From Gammaproteobacteria bacterium (lineage in GTDB: Bacteria; Pseudomonadota; Gammaproteobacteria; Eutrophobiales; Eutrophobiaceae): DNA of 64,000 nucleotides. The notes below the pieces were generated by a model. The model was not told the origin of the DNA and did no database searches. It worked only from the letters and a program-made list of their open reading frames with translations. This document shows, piece after piece, positions 20,459 to 31,084 of the stretch. The stretch is taken from assembly GCA_965238225.1 (NCBI GenBank), contig OZ250183.1:896001-960000 (forward strand). The letters are read 5' to 3'. Position numbers and translations under genes: made by a program. Position 1 is the first letter of the stretch; the number at the start of each line of letters is the position of its first letter.

Positions 20459-21262
20459 ATGGATACTAAAGTTGGGGTATGCGGTGCAGCGGGCAGAATG
20501 GGCAAGGTTATTCTGGAAGTGTGCAATGAGACAGAGAATATCGAAATAGGCGCTGCTATTGAGTGTAGCAGTTCTCCTATGGTTGGCATTGACGCTGGCG
20601 AGCAAGCAGGAATTGGCCTTATCGGTGTTTTAATCACGGATGATTTTTCTGAAATTGTTAATAAATTTGATGTGCTCATTGATTTTACAGTAGCTACATC
20701 ATTTACAGATAATCTTGCAAAGTGTCACGCTTCTGGCAAGAGCATGGTGATAGGCACGACTGGCCTTGATGATAATCAAAAAGAATTGATTAAAAAAACA
20801 GCCGAGGATATTCCCATTGTTTTCGCACCGAACATGAGTATCGGTGTAAATCTTTGCTTGAAATTACTGGAAACGGCAGCGCAGGTTATCGGCGATGATG
20901 CTGATATTGAAATTATTGAGGCGCATCACAGACATAAAAAAGATGCGCCATCGGGTACGTCATTACATATGGGCGAAGTGATTGCGGATACACTCGGACG
21001 TAACTTGAGAGAATGTGCGATTTATAGTCGCGAAGGCATTACTTCCGAACGTGATAAAAATACCATTGGTTTTGCAACTATTCGTGCCGGCGATATCGTC
21101 GGCGAACATACTGTCATGTTTGCCTTAGCAGGTGAACTTGTTGAAATTACCCATAAGGCCACTTCCAGAAAAACCTTTGCCTCTGGCGCAGTGCGGGCAG
21201 CACAATGGTTAAAAGGTAAAGATAAAGGCTTATTTAGTATGCAAAATGTATTAGGGTTTTAG
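20459..21262 (+). CDS. dapB: 4-hydroxy-tetrahydrodipicolinate reductase
   Basis: GAAGRMG and [14 protein letters not shown]. Confidence 0.97.
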   Translation: MDTKVGVCGAAGRMGKVILEVCNETENIEIGAAIECSSSPMVGIDAGEQAGIGLIGVLITDDFSEIVNKFDVLIDFTVATSFTDNLAKCHASGKSMVIGTTGLDDNQKELIKKTAEDIPIVFAPNMSIGVNLCLKLLETAAQVIGDDADIEIIEAHHRHKKDAPSGTSLHMGEVIADTLGRNLRECAIYSREGITSERDKNTIGFATIRAGDIVGEHTVMFALAGELVEITHKATSRKTFASGAVRAAQWLKGKDKGLFSMQNVLGF

Positions 21263-21315
21263 AAATAGCCAACCTGGCAAGCGGTGATTAATCTTTTTAG
21301 CCACCGTGTATGTGC

Positions 21316-21582
21316 TTATTTTTCTAGTGGATTTACTGTATTGATGCTCAGGGCATGAATTTCAGATTTCATCAAATCAGCGAGAGCCGAATAGACCATT
21401 TGATGTTGTTGGACGACAGACTGCCCTGCAAATTGCTTAGAGTGAACAGTGACATTAAAATGACCAGCACCACTGGCTGCGCCAGCATGTCCTATATGTA
21501 GATGTGATTCATCAACAACATCAACATGGCTAGGTGACAATTTACGTTCAAGCCGATTTTTAATTTCTGTAATGCGATCCAT
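21316..21582 (-). CDS. bolA: BolA family protein
   Basis: DESHLHIGH..GHF and IHALSI. Confidence 0.9.
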   Translation of the reverse strand: MDRITEIKNRLERKLSPSHVDVVDESHLHIGHAGAASGAGHFNVTVHSKQFAGQSVVQQHQMVYSALADLMKSEIHALSINTVNPLEK

Positions 21583-21588
21583 ATAAAT

Positions 21589-21885
21589 TTAAAACACTTT
21601 TTTAAAAGGTTTCACAATTACTTTTTCATAAACACCTGTAGAGCTATATGGATCTGCATTTGCCCATTTTTTTGCTTCCTCTAGTGAGTCAAACTCTGCA
21701 ACGATCAAGCTTCCTGTAAATCCAGCAGGCCCCGGATCTTCACTGTCTATCATTGGGTGAGGGCCGGCGATGAGCAGACGACCTTCATCCTGCAATGCCT
21801 GTAATCGTGCGATGTGTTCAGCACGCACACTTATTCTTTTTTCTAGACTATCATCAACATCTTGACTTATTATCGCGTAAAACAT
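21589..21885 (-). CDS. yciI: YciI family protein
   Basis: [28 protein letters not shown]. Confidence 0.93.
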   Translation of the reverse strand: MFYAIISQDVDDSLEKRISVRAEHIARLQALQDEGRLLIAGPHPMIDSEDPGPAGFTGSLIVAEFDSLEEAKKWANADPYSSTGVYEKVIVKPFKKVF

Positions 21886-21903
21886 TTTGCCAATACCTGA
21901 GGT

Positions 21904-22500
21904 TTACTCTTCTGCATTGGTATTTTCATCTTTTTCTAGCAAATCTTTAGGGATATCAGTATGTCGAAACATATAAAATATGGCACTTCCCATAAAAATT
22001 AAATTTAAAATGGTAATACCAAATACTTTAAAATCTACCCAAACAGATCTGTCAAAATTATAAGCTATATAGATATTTGCGATTCCAACAAGTATGAAAA
22101 AAAATACCAGGCTGATATTTAACTTAAACCAGACTGCATCTGGCGCGGATATTCTTTTATCTGAATACTGAACCATTCTTTGAAAGATATTTTTTTTGCC
22201 GATATATTGACTGCCTAATGCTATTAGGGCGAAAATCCATAATACGACTGTCGGCTTCCATTGAATGAATTTTTCATCATGCAAAAGCAGAGTGGCTCCG
22301 CCGAATAACAATACAATGCCGAGTGTAATAAGATGCATATTTTCAAAGCGTTTGTACATTAGCCAGTAGGCGGTTATTTGTATGAAACTGGCAACCATCA
22401 ATACGCTCGTGGCTATGTAGATACCTGATTCTGAGTCGCCCGCCATTTTAAAGGCGACAAAGAAGGTAAAAATTGGAAAAAAGTCGAATAGAAATCTCAT
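21904..22500 (-). CDS. yciB: Inner membrane protein YciB/IspZ
   Basis: LFDFFP, FIQWKPT and WVDFKVFG. Confidence 0.93.
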   Translation of the reverse strand: MRFLFDFFPIFTFFVAFKMAGDSESGIYIATSVLMVASFIQITAYWLMYKRFENMHLITLGIVLLFGGATLLLHDEKFIQWKPTVVLWIFALIALGSQYIGKKNIFQRMVQYSDKRISAPDAVWFKLNISLVFFFILVGIANIYIAYNFDRSVWVDFKVFGITILNLIFMGSAIFYMFRHTDIPKDLLEKDENTNAEE

Positions 22501-22574
22501 AAAGGTAATATATACTCTATTACAGTTAGAGTGAATGTCGCAATCATATGGAAAAAATATAGATCGGACTATTT

Positions 22575-23198
22575 ATGACGCAAGTTCTTAAAATTCATCC
22601 AAAAAATCCGCAAAAACGCTTGATCCGGACTGCAGCTTTAATTGTACGCGATGGCGGTGTCGTGGTGTATCCTACCGATTCTTGTTATGCCTTGGGGTGT
22701 CATATCGGCGATAAAGCGGCTTTATCAAAAATTCGGAGAATAAGGGAGTTAGATAAAAAACATAATTTAACCCTGCTGTGTCGAGATCTCTCCGAGATAG
22801 GCATTTATGCCAAGGTACATAATTCATCTTTTCGCTTGATGAAAGCAGTAACGCCAGGCGCGTATACTTTTTTATTGACGGCAACAAAAGATGTTCCCAG
22901 TCGGTTGCAAAATCCCAAACGCAAAACCATTGGGCTGCGTATTCCTAAACATCAAGTGATTCTTGATTTATTAGAAGAATTGGGCGAGCCGATGATCAGC
23001 ACCAGTTTAATATTGCCTGGAGACGATGATCCAATGACCGATACGGAAGAGATTGCCGATAGATTGCGCGGGCAAATTGATCTGATAATAGATGCTGGCG
23101 CTTGTGGGTTATATCCTACAACAGTAGTGGATTTAGCGGATGGTCATGCCGTGATTATTCGTGAAGGATTGGGCGATATTTCTGCCATAGGCTTATAA
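22575..23198 (+). CDS. yciO: Sua5/YciO/YrdC family protein
   Basis: YPTDSCYALGC, PGAYTF and KRKTIGLRIP. Confidence 0.9.
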   Translation: MTQVLKIHPKNPQKRLIRTAALIVRDGGVVVYPTDSCYALGCHIGDKAALSKIRRIRELDKKHNLTLLCRDLSEIGIYAKVHNSSFRLMKAVTPGAYTFLLTATKDVPSRLQNPKRKTIGLRIPKHQVILDLLEELGEPMISTSLILPGDDDPMTDTEEIADRLRGQIDLIIDAGACGLYPTTVVDLADGHAVIIREGLGDISAIGL

Positions 23199-23313
23199 AC
23201 CAAGCCTGTCTACGCTTTGAGTCTACATTTAGTTTGGCCTGTGATTTCTAAGTAGTTTGGATATATAAGAGCAGGTATGCTATAAGCCTTAATTTTAATT
23301 ATGAGGGCTTTTC

Positions 23314-24525
23314 TTGAGCAGTACTATAAATCGGAGAGTTTTGTCCGGCATGAGGCCGACAGGGCAACTGCATCTTGGTCATTATCATGGTGTGCTCAAA
23401 AACTGGTTAAACTTACAAAACGAATATGAATGCTTTTTCTTTGTCGCAGATTGGCATGCATTAACTACTGAGTACAAAAACACCAATATTATCTCAGAAA
23501 GTGTTATAGGTATGGTAGTTGACTGGTTGGCCGTAGGCATTGATCCAGGTTCTGCCAAGATTTTTGTGCAGTCTCGCATTCAAGAACATGCCGAATTACA
23601 TTTATTGCTTTCGATGTGTACACCGCTTAGCTGGCTTGAACGGGTGCCAAGCTATAAAGACCAACAGGAAAAACTCAATCATAAAGATCTGACAACCTAC
23701 GGTTTTTTGGGGTATCCCTTGCTACAGACTGCAGATATCTTGATATATAAAGCGGGGAATGTGCCAGTTGGCGAAGATCAGGTTGCGCATGTGGAGTTAT
23801 CTCGGGAAATCGCCAGACGGTTTAATTTTCTCTATGGTAGAGAAGCGGGGTTTGAAGAAAAGGCAGAAGCTGCTGCTGCAAAAATGGGCAAAAAAAATAA
23901 TCGCCTGTATCAAGATTTAAAAAAAGAATATCAAGAACAAGGTGATATTGAGGTGTTTGAAAAAGCGCATGCACTAATTGAAGGTCAGCAGAACATCAGT
24001 ATCGGCGATCGAGAACGCTTAATTGGCTATCTAGAAGGTGGCGGCAAGGTCATCTTGCCAGAGCCACAAGCGCTTTTAACACAAGCCTCAAAGTTATTAG
24101 GTTTGGATGGGCAGAAGATGTCCAAATCCTATGGCAATACGATCGCTTTACGCGAGAACCCTGCTGTTATTGAAGAAAAAATAAAAAAAATGCCGACAGA
24201 TATAAATCGTGTGCGTCGTAATGACCCTGGAGATCCAGATAAATGCCCAGTTTGGAATTTTCATGAAGTTTATTCCAGCGATGAAGTAAAAAAATGGGTT
24301 CAAACTGGCTGTCGGTCTGCTGGTATTGGTTGCCTAGATTGCAAAAGACCTTTAATTGATTCTATCTTGAAAGAACAATTACCCATCCGTGAGAGAGCTA
24401 GGGAATATGAGAAAGACACTGAAATGGTGCGTGGTATTATAAGTGATGGCTGTGAAGCGGCAAGAGAAATTGCCAGAGCCACCATTGCTGGAGTAAAGCA
24501 AGCCATGGGTCTTGAATATAGATAG
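23314..24525 (+). CDS. trpS: Tryptophan--tRNA ligase
   Basis: SGMRPTGQLHLGH, VPVGEDQ and KMSKS. Confidence 0.97.
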   Translation: MSSTINRRVLSGMRPTGQLHLGHYHGVLKNWLNLQNEYECFFFVADWHALTTEYKNTNIISESVIGMVVDWLAVGIDPGSAKIFVQSRIQEHAELHLLLSMCTPLSWLERVPSYKDQQEKLNHKDLTTYGFLGYPLLQTADILIYKAGNVPVGEDQVAHVELSREIARRFNFLYGREAGFEEKAEAAAAKMGKKNNRLYQDLKKEYQEQGDIEVFEKAHALIEGQQNISIGDRERLIGYLEGGGKVILPEPQALLTQASKLLGLDGQKMSKSYGNTIALRENPAVIEEKIKKMPTDINRVRRNDPGDPDKCPVWNFHEVYSSDEVKKWVQTGCRSAGIGCLDCKRPLIDSILKEQLPIRERAREYEKDTEMVRGIISDGCEAAREIARATIAGVKQAMGLEYR

Positions 24526-24553
24526 CGTAGTATTATTAGAAATATAGCGATAT

Positions 24554-25408
24554 ATGCCAGATAAACCATTACCTGAAAGTAATTTTCAAGGTGAGTCTCG
24601 TCCTAACGATCAAATTCGTGACAAAGCCGTAGGCAATCAGAAAGAAATGCCATTTGCAATGGTTCGTGGCGAGCCTTTATCTGAAGTTCCTACGGATTTA
24701 TATATTCCTCCCAAGGCATTGAGAGTCTTTCTTGAGGCATTTGAAGGACCGTTAGATTTTTTACTTTATCTCATCAAGCGACAAAATCTGGATATTTTGA
24801 ATATCCCTATTGCTCAGATTACTGAACAATACATGTGCTACATTGATTTGATGAAAGAACTGCAATTGGATTTAGCAGGTGAATATTTATTAATGGCAGC
24901 GATGTTGGCAGAAATTAAATCGAGAATGTTACTACCGAAACCTATTGATGAAAATGAAGATGATCCTCGTGCAAATCTGGTCAGGAGATTACAGGAATAT
25001 GAAAGATACAAACAAGCCGCAGAAGATATAGATGCGCTGCCTAGATATGAGCGAGAAATATTTGCCACCATTGTCGAATTTCCAGATCGAAATTCCGTAC
25101 AACAAGAACCAGATGTTTCTATGGATTCCTTGCTCAGAGCATTTGCCGAAGTGTTGGTCAGAGCAGATATGTATACACATCATCGGATACACCGTGAAGT
25201 ATTGTCTGTTCGGGAACGAATGACCTTCGTGCTGGACAAGGTTAATGCCAATAATTTTATAGATTTTACAAAACTATTCACAGTAGAAGAAGGCCGCGGT
25301 GGCGTTATTGTTGCATTTTTAGCAATCCTTGAATTATTAAAAAATGCACTGATAGAAATGGTACAAAATAATAGTAATGACCCTATCTATATCAAGGCAG
25401 CATCGTAA
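24554..25408 (+). CDS. scpA: Segregation/condensation protein A
   Basis: FEGPLDFLLYLI and IKSRMLLP. Confidence 0.95.
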   Translation: MPDKPLPESNFQGESRPNDQIRDKAVGNQKEMPFAMVRGEPLSEVPTDLYIPPKALRVFLEAFEGPLDFLLYLIKRQNLDILNIPIAQITEQYMCYIDLMKELQLDLAGEYLLMAAMLAEIKSRMLLPKPIDENEDDPRANLVRRLQEYERYKQAAEDIDALPRYEREIFATIVEFPDRNSVQQEPDVSMDSLLRAFAEVLVRADMYTHHRIHREVLSVRERMTFVLDKVNANNFIDFTKLFTVEEGRGGVIVAFLAILELLKNALIEMVQNNSNDPIYIKAAS

Positions 25409-25459
25409 AAATTTAGCTTGCATGAATATCCTTACATTAATATTTAAAGTCAAAAGAAG

Positions 25460-26104
25460 ATGAATCCAAAGCAATTAAAAAATATTGTTGAAGCTGCACT
25501 TATGGTCTCTGAAAAGCCGGTTAGTGTGAGTCAGTTATTGGTACTTTTTGAACAAGAAACAGATAGACCTGAAAAAGCAGATATTAAGGCTGCGATCGAA
25601 CAAATTATGAAAGACTACAGTGATCGAGGTATAGCGCTTAAGGAAGTTTCCAGTGGCTACTGTGTGCAGGTGAATGGTGAGTATTCAGATTGGGTCAATC
25701 ATTTATTTGATGATAGATCGCCAAGATATTCCAAGGCTTTACTGGAGACACTGGCAATTATCGCTTATCGCCAGCCTGTAACGCGTGCTGAAATAGAGGA
25801 GATTAGAGGGGTGAGCGTCAGTTCAAATATCATCAGGACACTACAGGAACGCAGTTGGATTCGTGTTGTGGGTCAAAGAGATGTCCCTGGCAGGCCAGAA
25901 TTATTAGCCACAAGCAAAGAATTTCTGGATTATTTTAACCTGAAAAAACTCACAGAATTGCCCCCACTTTCCGAAATAAAGGATTTTGATACAATTAATC
26001 CGGATTTGTTTGAAGCGCTGGAATCAGAGGCCAATAATGAAGTTGCCAAGGCACACCAGAAAATTAATTTAGATAAACAAGCGACAGTTAACCTAGACGG
26101 ATAA
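25460..26104 (+). CDS. scpB: Segregation/condensation protein B
   Basis: LETLAIIAYRQPVTRAEIEEIRGV and PGRP. Confidence 0.95.
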   Translation: MNPKQLKNIVEAALMVSEKPVSVSQLLVLFEQETDRPEKADIKAAIEQIMKDYSDRGIALKEVSSGYCVQVNGEYSDWVNHLFDDRSPRYSKALLETLAIIAYRQPVTRAEIEEIRGVSVSSNIIRTLQERSWIRVVGQRDVPGRPELLATSKEFLDYFNLKKLTELPPLSEIKDFDTINPDLFEALESEANNEVAKAHQKINLDKQATVNLDG

Positions 26105-26272
26105 ATAAAAACGCACGAGGAGTAAGATATTTCCTGCAATGGAGATAGAAGAAAATTCCACCAATGATGAAGATAATATCGTTCCTTTCAATTGATGGTA
26201 AGATATGATCATCATATCCATTTACCAGCATCAGAAAATATTTCCTGTAAAAACTTAACTGTAGTAAAAATA

Positions 26273-27103
26273 ATGTCTAACTCAAAAAACCCTGAACGTA
26301 TTCAAAAGGTTCTGGCGCGCATGGGGTTTGGTTCGAGACGTGAGATAGAGTCATGGGTAAAAGCAGGGCGGATTATGGTCAATGGGTCACTGGCTGCGCT
26401 TGGCGATTCGATTACTAGCGAAGACAAGGTTCAGTTAGATAAAAAGCAGATAAAATTTCTAAAAAAGATTGTTAACAAGCCAAGAGTTATCGCTTACCAT
26501 AAACCCGTTGGCGAAATTTGCACTAGAAAAGATACAAAAAACAGGGTTACCGTATTTAATAATTTACCCCCTTTAAAAGGTTCACGATGGGTAAGTATCG
26601 GTCGTCTGGATATAAATACCTGTGGCTTATTGCTTTTTACAACTGACGGAGACCTCGCAAACCGTTTAATGCATCCTTCATCGGGCATAGACCGTGAATA
26701 TGCAGTTCGCGTAATGGGTAAGGTTGATGAAAGTATGCTCAAGAAATTGCAAGAGGGTGTGGCGCTTGAAGATGGTTCGGCACATTTTTCTGATATTGTT
26801 GATTCTGGCGGAGAAGGCATCAATCATTGGTACCACGTTACACTTATGGAGGGACGCAATCATGAAGTGAAACGTCTTTGGGAATCCCAAGGTATCACTG
26901 TGAGTCGTTTGATTCGTGTTCGATTTGGTTCAATTTTCTTGCCCAGAAATTCGCGGGCGGGAACAATAAGAGAATTTAATGACAAAGAGATAGATGAATT
27001 ATACAAATATCTGGATATGAAGTCTGAGCCTTTACCTATCATGCACAATAAAAGTATGACAAGACATCCTGCAAAAAGGCAGTCAACCCGAAAGATATCT
27101 TAA
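26273..27103 (+). CDS. rluB: 23S rRNA pseudouridine synthase RluB
   Basis: S4 domain ERIQKVLA..SRRE, GRLDINT and EGRNHEV; follows scpB. Confidence 0.9.
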   Translation: MSNSKNPERIQKVLARMGFGSRREIESWVKAGRIMVNGSLAALGDSITSEDKVQLDKKQIKFLKKIVNKPRVIAYHKPVGEICTRKDTKNRVTVFNNLPPLKGSRWVSIGRLDINTCGLLLFTTDGDLANRLMHPSSGIDREYAVRVMGKVDESMLKKLQEGVALEDGSAHFSDIVDSGGEGINHWYHVTLMEGRNHEVKRLWESQGITVSRLIRVRFGSIFLPRNSRAGTIREFNDKEIDELYKYLDMKSEPLPIMHNKSMTRHPAKRQSTRKIS

Positions 27104-27152
27104 AGGAAGCTAAACTTTGTTTTATTAATTTCGTGATATAAATACATTTTTT

Positions 27153-27806
27153 TTGGTGAAAGCAATATTAAAGCGCAGACAGTTATCTAAGGTTTATCAA
27201 CTTTTACTTACAGTCTATGGTGTGCAAGATTGGTGGCCGGCAGAATCAACTTTTGAAGTAATGGTTGGGGCAGTTCTAACGCAAAATACGGCATGGGTTA
27301 ATGTCGAAAAGGCCATTAGAAATTTAAAGCACGCAAAGTGTTTAACATTAGAAAGTATATTGGCATCGCCTCATACATCCTTAGCAAAACTTATCAGACC
27401 TTCTGGTTATTTTAATATCAAAAGCAAAAGATTGAAAAATTTATGCCTGTGGTTGCTTGAAAATGGAGGAGAGTCTAGCCTAGCCAAACTTGACACAGAA
27501 ACATTACGGTCGTCTTTGTTACAGGTTAATGGCATTGGTCCGGAGACTGCAGATGATATCCTGCTTTATGCCTTTAGAAGACCTGTGTTTGTTATAGACA
27601 GCTACACACGACGGTTATTTTCTGGCTTTGGTTTGATTGATGGAAATGAGCCATATGAAGTGTTACGGCAGAACTTCGAGTCCTCGCTTAATGCTGATGC
27701 ATGCCTATTTAATCAGTATCATGCATTGATTGTTAGACATGCCAAGGAAAAGTGCCTGAAGGCACCAGATTGCAGACATTGCCAAGTAGAAAATCATAAA
27801 CTGTAA
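27153..27806 (+). CDS. Endonuclease III-related HhH-GPD protein
   Basis: GAVLTQNTAW, GIGPETADDILLY, VIDSY and C-terminal Cys cluster. Confidence 0.9.
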   Translation: MVKAILKRRQLSKVYQLLLTVYGVQDWWPAESTFEVMVGAVLTQNTAWVNVEKAIRNLKHAKCLTLESILASPHTSLAKLIRPSGYFNIKSKRLKNLCLWLLENGGESSLAKLDTETLRSSLLQVNGIGPETADDILLYAFRRPVFVIDSYTRRLFSGFGLIDGNEPYEVLRQNFESSLNADACLFNQYHALIVRHAKEKCLKAPDCRHCQVENHKL

Positions 27807-27926
27807 GTAGTTGTGTATGAGCTTTTTAAGCACGTTCCTCGATTAATATTTACCTTAATCAGAGTATACTCAGACCGTTAAATATATTAAAATTCCCGCC
27901 CTTATTTGGTATGGGTTGATTGAGAA

Positions 27927-28691
27927 ATGACGCAACGCAGGCCATTGGTTGCAGCAAACTGGAAGATGAATGGAACGCTGGCCAGTGCTCGTTCTTTGTT
28001 AGATGGCATATGTCGCGGTCAAAAGGCAAGTTACCGCGCTGAAATAGTTATTTGCCCGCCTTCTGTCTATTTGTCTCAATCGGCAGAGAAACTGGATGCG
28101 TCGGGGATAGCATTAGGCGCGCAGAATATATCTCATCATGAGTCTGGCGCATTTACTGGCGAGATCTCAGCAGATATGTTGAAAGATTTTTCGTGCCAGT
28201 ACGTCATCATTGGTCACTCGGAACGCAGAGCGTTTTACGGCGAAACGGATGATTTGGTTGCAGCGAAGTTTATGCGGGCACAGGATGCAGGATTAATACC
28301 CATACTTTGTGTCGGTGAACAATTAACAGAAAGAGAATCTAAAGACACGGAAGTAGCGATTGAAAGACAGCTAAACGCTATTATCGAGATGGCTTCCGTT
28401 TCTGCATTTAATAATGCAGTGGTTGCCTATGAACCAGTTTGGGCGATTGGCACAGGTGTCACTGCAACACCTGAACAAGCACAAGAAGTGCATGCATTTG
28501 TAAGATTATTATTAGCAAGACACAATGATGCGGTGGCAGACAAGGTAAGAATAATTTATGGTGGCAGTGTGAAGGCTTCTAACGCAGTCGAAATTTTTAA
28601 CATGGCTGATGTTGATGGTGGTTTGATCGGAGGTGCCTCTATGGATGCCGATGAATTTCTTAACATTTGTCATGCAGCAAGGGGTGGTTGA
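27927..28691 (+). CDS. tpiA: Triosephosphate isomerase
   Basis: NWKMN, GHSERR and AYEPVWAIGTG. Confidence 0.98.
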   Translation: MTQRRPLVAANWKMNGTLASARSLLDGICRGQKASYRAEIVICPPSVYLSQSAEKLDASGIALGAQNISHHESGAFTGEISADMLKDFSCQYVIIGHSERRAFYGETDDLVAAKFMRAQDAGLIPILCVGEQLTERESKDTEVAIERQLNAIIEMASVSAFNNAVVAYEPVWAIGTGVTATPEQAQEVHAFVRLLLARHNDAVADKVRIIYGGSVKASNAVEIFNMADVDGGLIGGASMDADEFLNICHAARGG

Positions 28692-28695
28692 TTTC

Positions 28696-29169
28696 ATGGA
28701 ATCATTACAATTAGTTTTACTTGTTTTTCAGGTTATCATCGCGATTAGCTTGATAAGCTTAATTCTTATTCAGCACGGTAAGGGTGCTGATGCAGGTGCC
28801 GCTTTTGGTAGCGGCGCATCTTCAACGATGTTTGGAAGCCAAGGCTCAGGTAATTTTTTAACTAAAACAACAGCTGTGCTCGCATTTTTATTTTTAAGCA
28901 ATAGCTTGATGTTGGGTTATATGGCAACGCAGCGAGTTGCAGACCCCACAAGCATTATGACAGAAGCGCCAGTGGTTATAGAAGATGAGTCGATTATCAC
29001 GGAAAGCGAACTATTGCTTGTGGAAGATGAATCATCTGCTATGGAAAGTGAAGCTATGACCGCAGAAGAAACAACAAAAGAAGAAGCAATTAAAACAGAT
29101 ATTCCGTCAGTGGAAGTTTCAGAGTCTGACGTTCCTTCCACCCCCAAAGATTCTATTCCCAGAGAGTAG
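28696..29169 (+). CDS. secG: Preprotein translocase subunit SecG with long acidic tail
   Basis: LIQHGKGADAGAAFGSGAS and NFLTKTT; lies between tpiA and tRNA-Leu. Confidence 0.95.
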   Translation: MESLQLVLLVFQVIIAISLISLILIQHGKGADAGAAFGSGASSTMFGSQGSGNFLTKTTAVLAFLFLSNSLMLGYMATQRVADPTSIMTEAPVVIEDESIITESELLLVEDESSAMESEAMTAEETTKEEAIKTDIPSVEVSESDVPSTPKDSIPRE

Positions 29170-29195
29170 ATTGACGTTAAGCTTCATTAAACTTG

Positions 29196-29280
29196 GCCGA
29201 TGTGGTGGAATTGGTAGACACGCTATCTTGAGGGGGTAGTTCCGCAAGGAGTGCCGGTTCGATTCCGGCCATCGGCACCA
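29196..29280 (+). tRNA. tRNA-Leu(GAG)
   Basis: GCCGATG..TGGTAGAC..anticodon arm ctatc-tt-GAG-gg-ggtag, long variable arm, GGTTCGATTCC and CCA end. Confidence 0.96.
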
Positions 29281-29569
29281 TTTTAATATTCAAAGACGTC
29301 CAGAGTCATCCTTTGTATCTAATATAAACAATTATCTATAATGCATTTAGACAGGCAAGAGCGAATTGAGAAGTTTAATTGTCTCGACATCCTTTGGGAT
29401 TATGTACTCTGTGGTTCCAGCGGAGCCTGTGCGAATTTCTATCATTGACCCTAGAAACGCGGCATTAATAACTCGTACTTTGCTTCCTAAAAAGTCGCCT
29501 TGAATTATCTTCATTTTTTGTATATTCCTTATTGGCTTTATTGCACATGTTACGAGATAATCATACAGT

Positions 29570-30745
29570 ATGTTTGACAAGAAATGGAAAGATTTTGCTG
29601 ATTGGTGTAAAACATCTCCCGAAGAGACACCACCGATCAAATCTAACATGTCATACCTATTTAACCCACCAGCCCAACCCAACTCAATAGAAGCAGCTAC
29701 ATGGTCTGACTTCATAGAAGCAGCTAACTTAGAGATTGATCAATTAACTAACCAAACTCTTAAAATAATTAGCACTGCCAATTCTATCGTTACCAATAGA
29801 ACTGATGATGTATCGACTTATAAAATTCACACAAACAATACTAAGACAAGCATGCATGTTGCTTGTATTAACATTCGTCCCTCCCCTAATAATTCCAGTG
29901 CGTTAACAAAACTTAAACTAGAAATCGATAATTTATCGATAGGGTCAGTCGAAGTATCTGAAAATAATATACCTATAGATGGTTTAATATTTAAAAACTG
30001 TCGAATTCAGAAGCTAATTTTAAGTTCTCATGCCTGCGTCACATTGCAGGACGTGTCAATCGGCGAGCTACAGTTTAAAAATTTGGGCGGATTTAATGAG
30101 AGAAGACTTGTCGCCGTTAAGTATCTTAAAGTAAGCGGTGGATGTATATTAAATATAGATTGCCCATTGCCTCATGCTGATAATCCCTTTGATGGCAGTG
30201 TGATTATCAAAAATGTTTTTTTGCCAAGAACATCGAAAGAGTTCCCTATTAGGGATTCTCAACCATACAAAAATATAACACACCACCTTAGGGCAATAGA
30301 GAACACTCAAGCAGCAAATATATTTCACGCCGCCGAATTGGCCATTGAAAGGGAATTGCTTGGATGGTCTAACAAGCTAGTCAGCTATATTTACGAATAT
30401 TCATCTGATTGCGGTGCTTCTTGGTTTAGGCCTTTTCTTTGGTGGTTTGGAATCCTTTTGATTTCGGCGGGTGGTATTTGGTATGTGGATGGCGCAGTCC
30501 TGACGCTAGAGCATGATGCCTACAAGGGATTTAGAAATTCTCTTGTTGATTGCGCCCCTGCAAGAGCTTTCTATTTGAGCTTACAATCCATGGCTAACCC
30601 TTTGGGATTGTTCAGTAGTAAAGCATTAGTAATCGCAAAATCAGGTGGGTTAGCTATCTGGCTTGTGATTCAAAGTATCATTTCTGTAGTCTTGATAACT
30701 TTAATGATATCCGCAATAAGGCGAAGATTTAAAATACAAAATTAA
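29570..30745 (+). CDS. Hypothetical protein with repeat-like N-terminal region and C-terminal 2-TM channel-like membrane domain
   Basis: YEYSSDCGASWFRP-TM...AFYLSLQ...TM-AIRRRFK C-terminus, as seen in pentapeptide-repeat/ion-channel-like membrane proteins. Confidence 0.6.
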   Translation: MFDKKWKDFADWCKTSPEETPPIKSNMSYLFNPPAQPNSIEAATWSDFIEAANLEIDQLTNQTLKIISTANSIVTNRTDDVSTYKIHTNNTKTSMHVACINIRPSPNNSSALTKLKLEIDNLSIGSVEVSENNIPIDGLIFKNCRIQKLILSSHACVTLQDVSIGELQFKNLGGFNERRLVAVKYLKVSGGCILNIDCPLPHADNPFDGSVIIKNVFLPRTSKEFPIRDSQPYKNITHHLRAIENTQAANIFHAAELAIERELLGWSNKLVSYIYEYSSDCGASWFRPFLWWFGILLISAGGIWYVDGAVLTLEHDAYKGFRNSLVDCAPARAFYLSLQSMANPLGLFSSKALVIAKSGGLAIWLVIQSIISVVLITLMISAIRRRFKIQN

Positions 30746-30977
30746 TAGTAAAAACAACCTTTAACCTAAAATATTAAGAATGAAGGTAAGATTTATACAT
30801 ATAAATTACGCGTTATCAATTTAGAAATGTGATATCGATCATCAAAAAAACCACCGATTTTAGAATTTCCAAAATTTACTTAACTAGATCGTTTGTTAAA
30901 GACCCAAGGACTTATTTGAGATTTAATTGAAAAGACAGCATGTTAAGCAAAATAGGTATTTATAATACTAATTTTTT

Positions 30978-31009
30978 TAGTCCAGCATAAATATAGTCCA
31001 GTACAAATA
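30978..31009. repeat. 16-bp imperfect tandem repeat upstream of the motor-like operon
   Basis: tagtccagcataaata / tagtccagtacaaata. Confidence 0.7.
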
Positions 31010-31084
31010 TCAAAATACATGTGTCATAAGGGAATATGTTATCATTTAGCAATTGTCCGCAGTGGCAACATAAATCAATAATCA

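Noticed and set aside
29281-29320. gacgtcc-containing sequence after the tRNA, resembling integrase arm-type sites
   Set aside because: Too short, with no integrase or matching att copy in the window
29347-29715. 122-aa minus-strand ORF after tRNA-Leu
   Set aside because: It overlaps the 391-aa plus-strand gene and has no recognisable motif; at most a gene remnant
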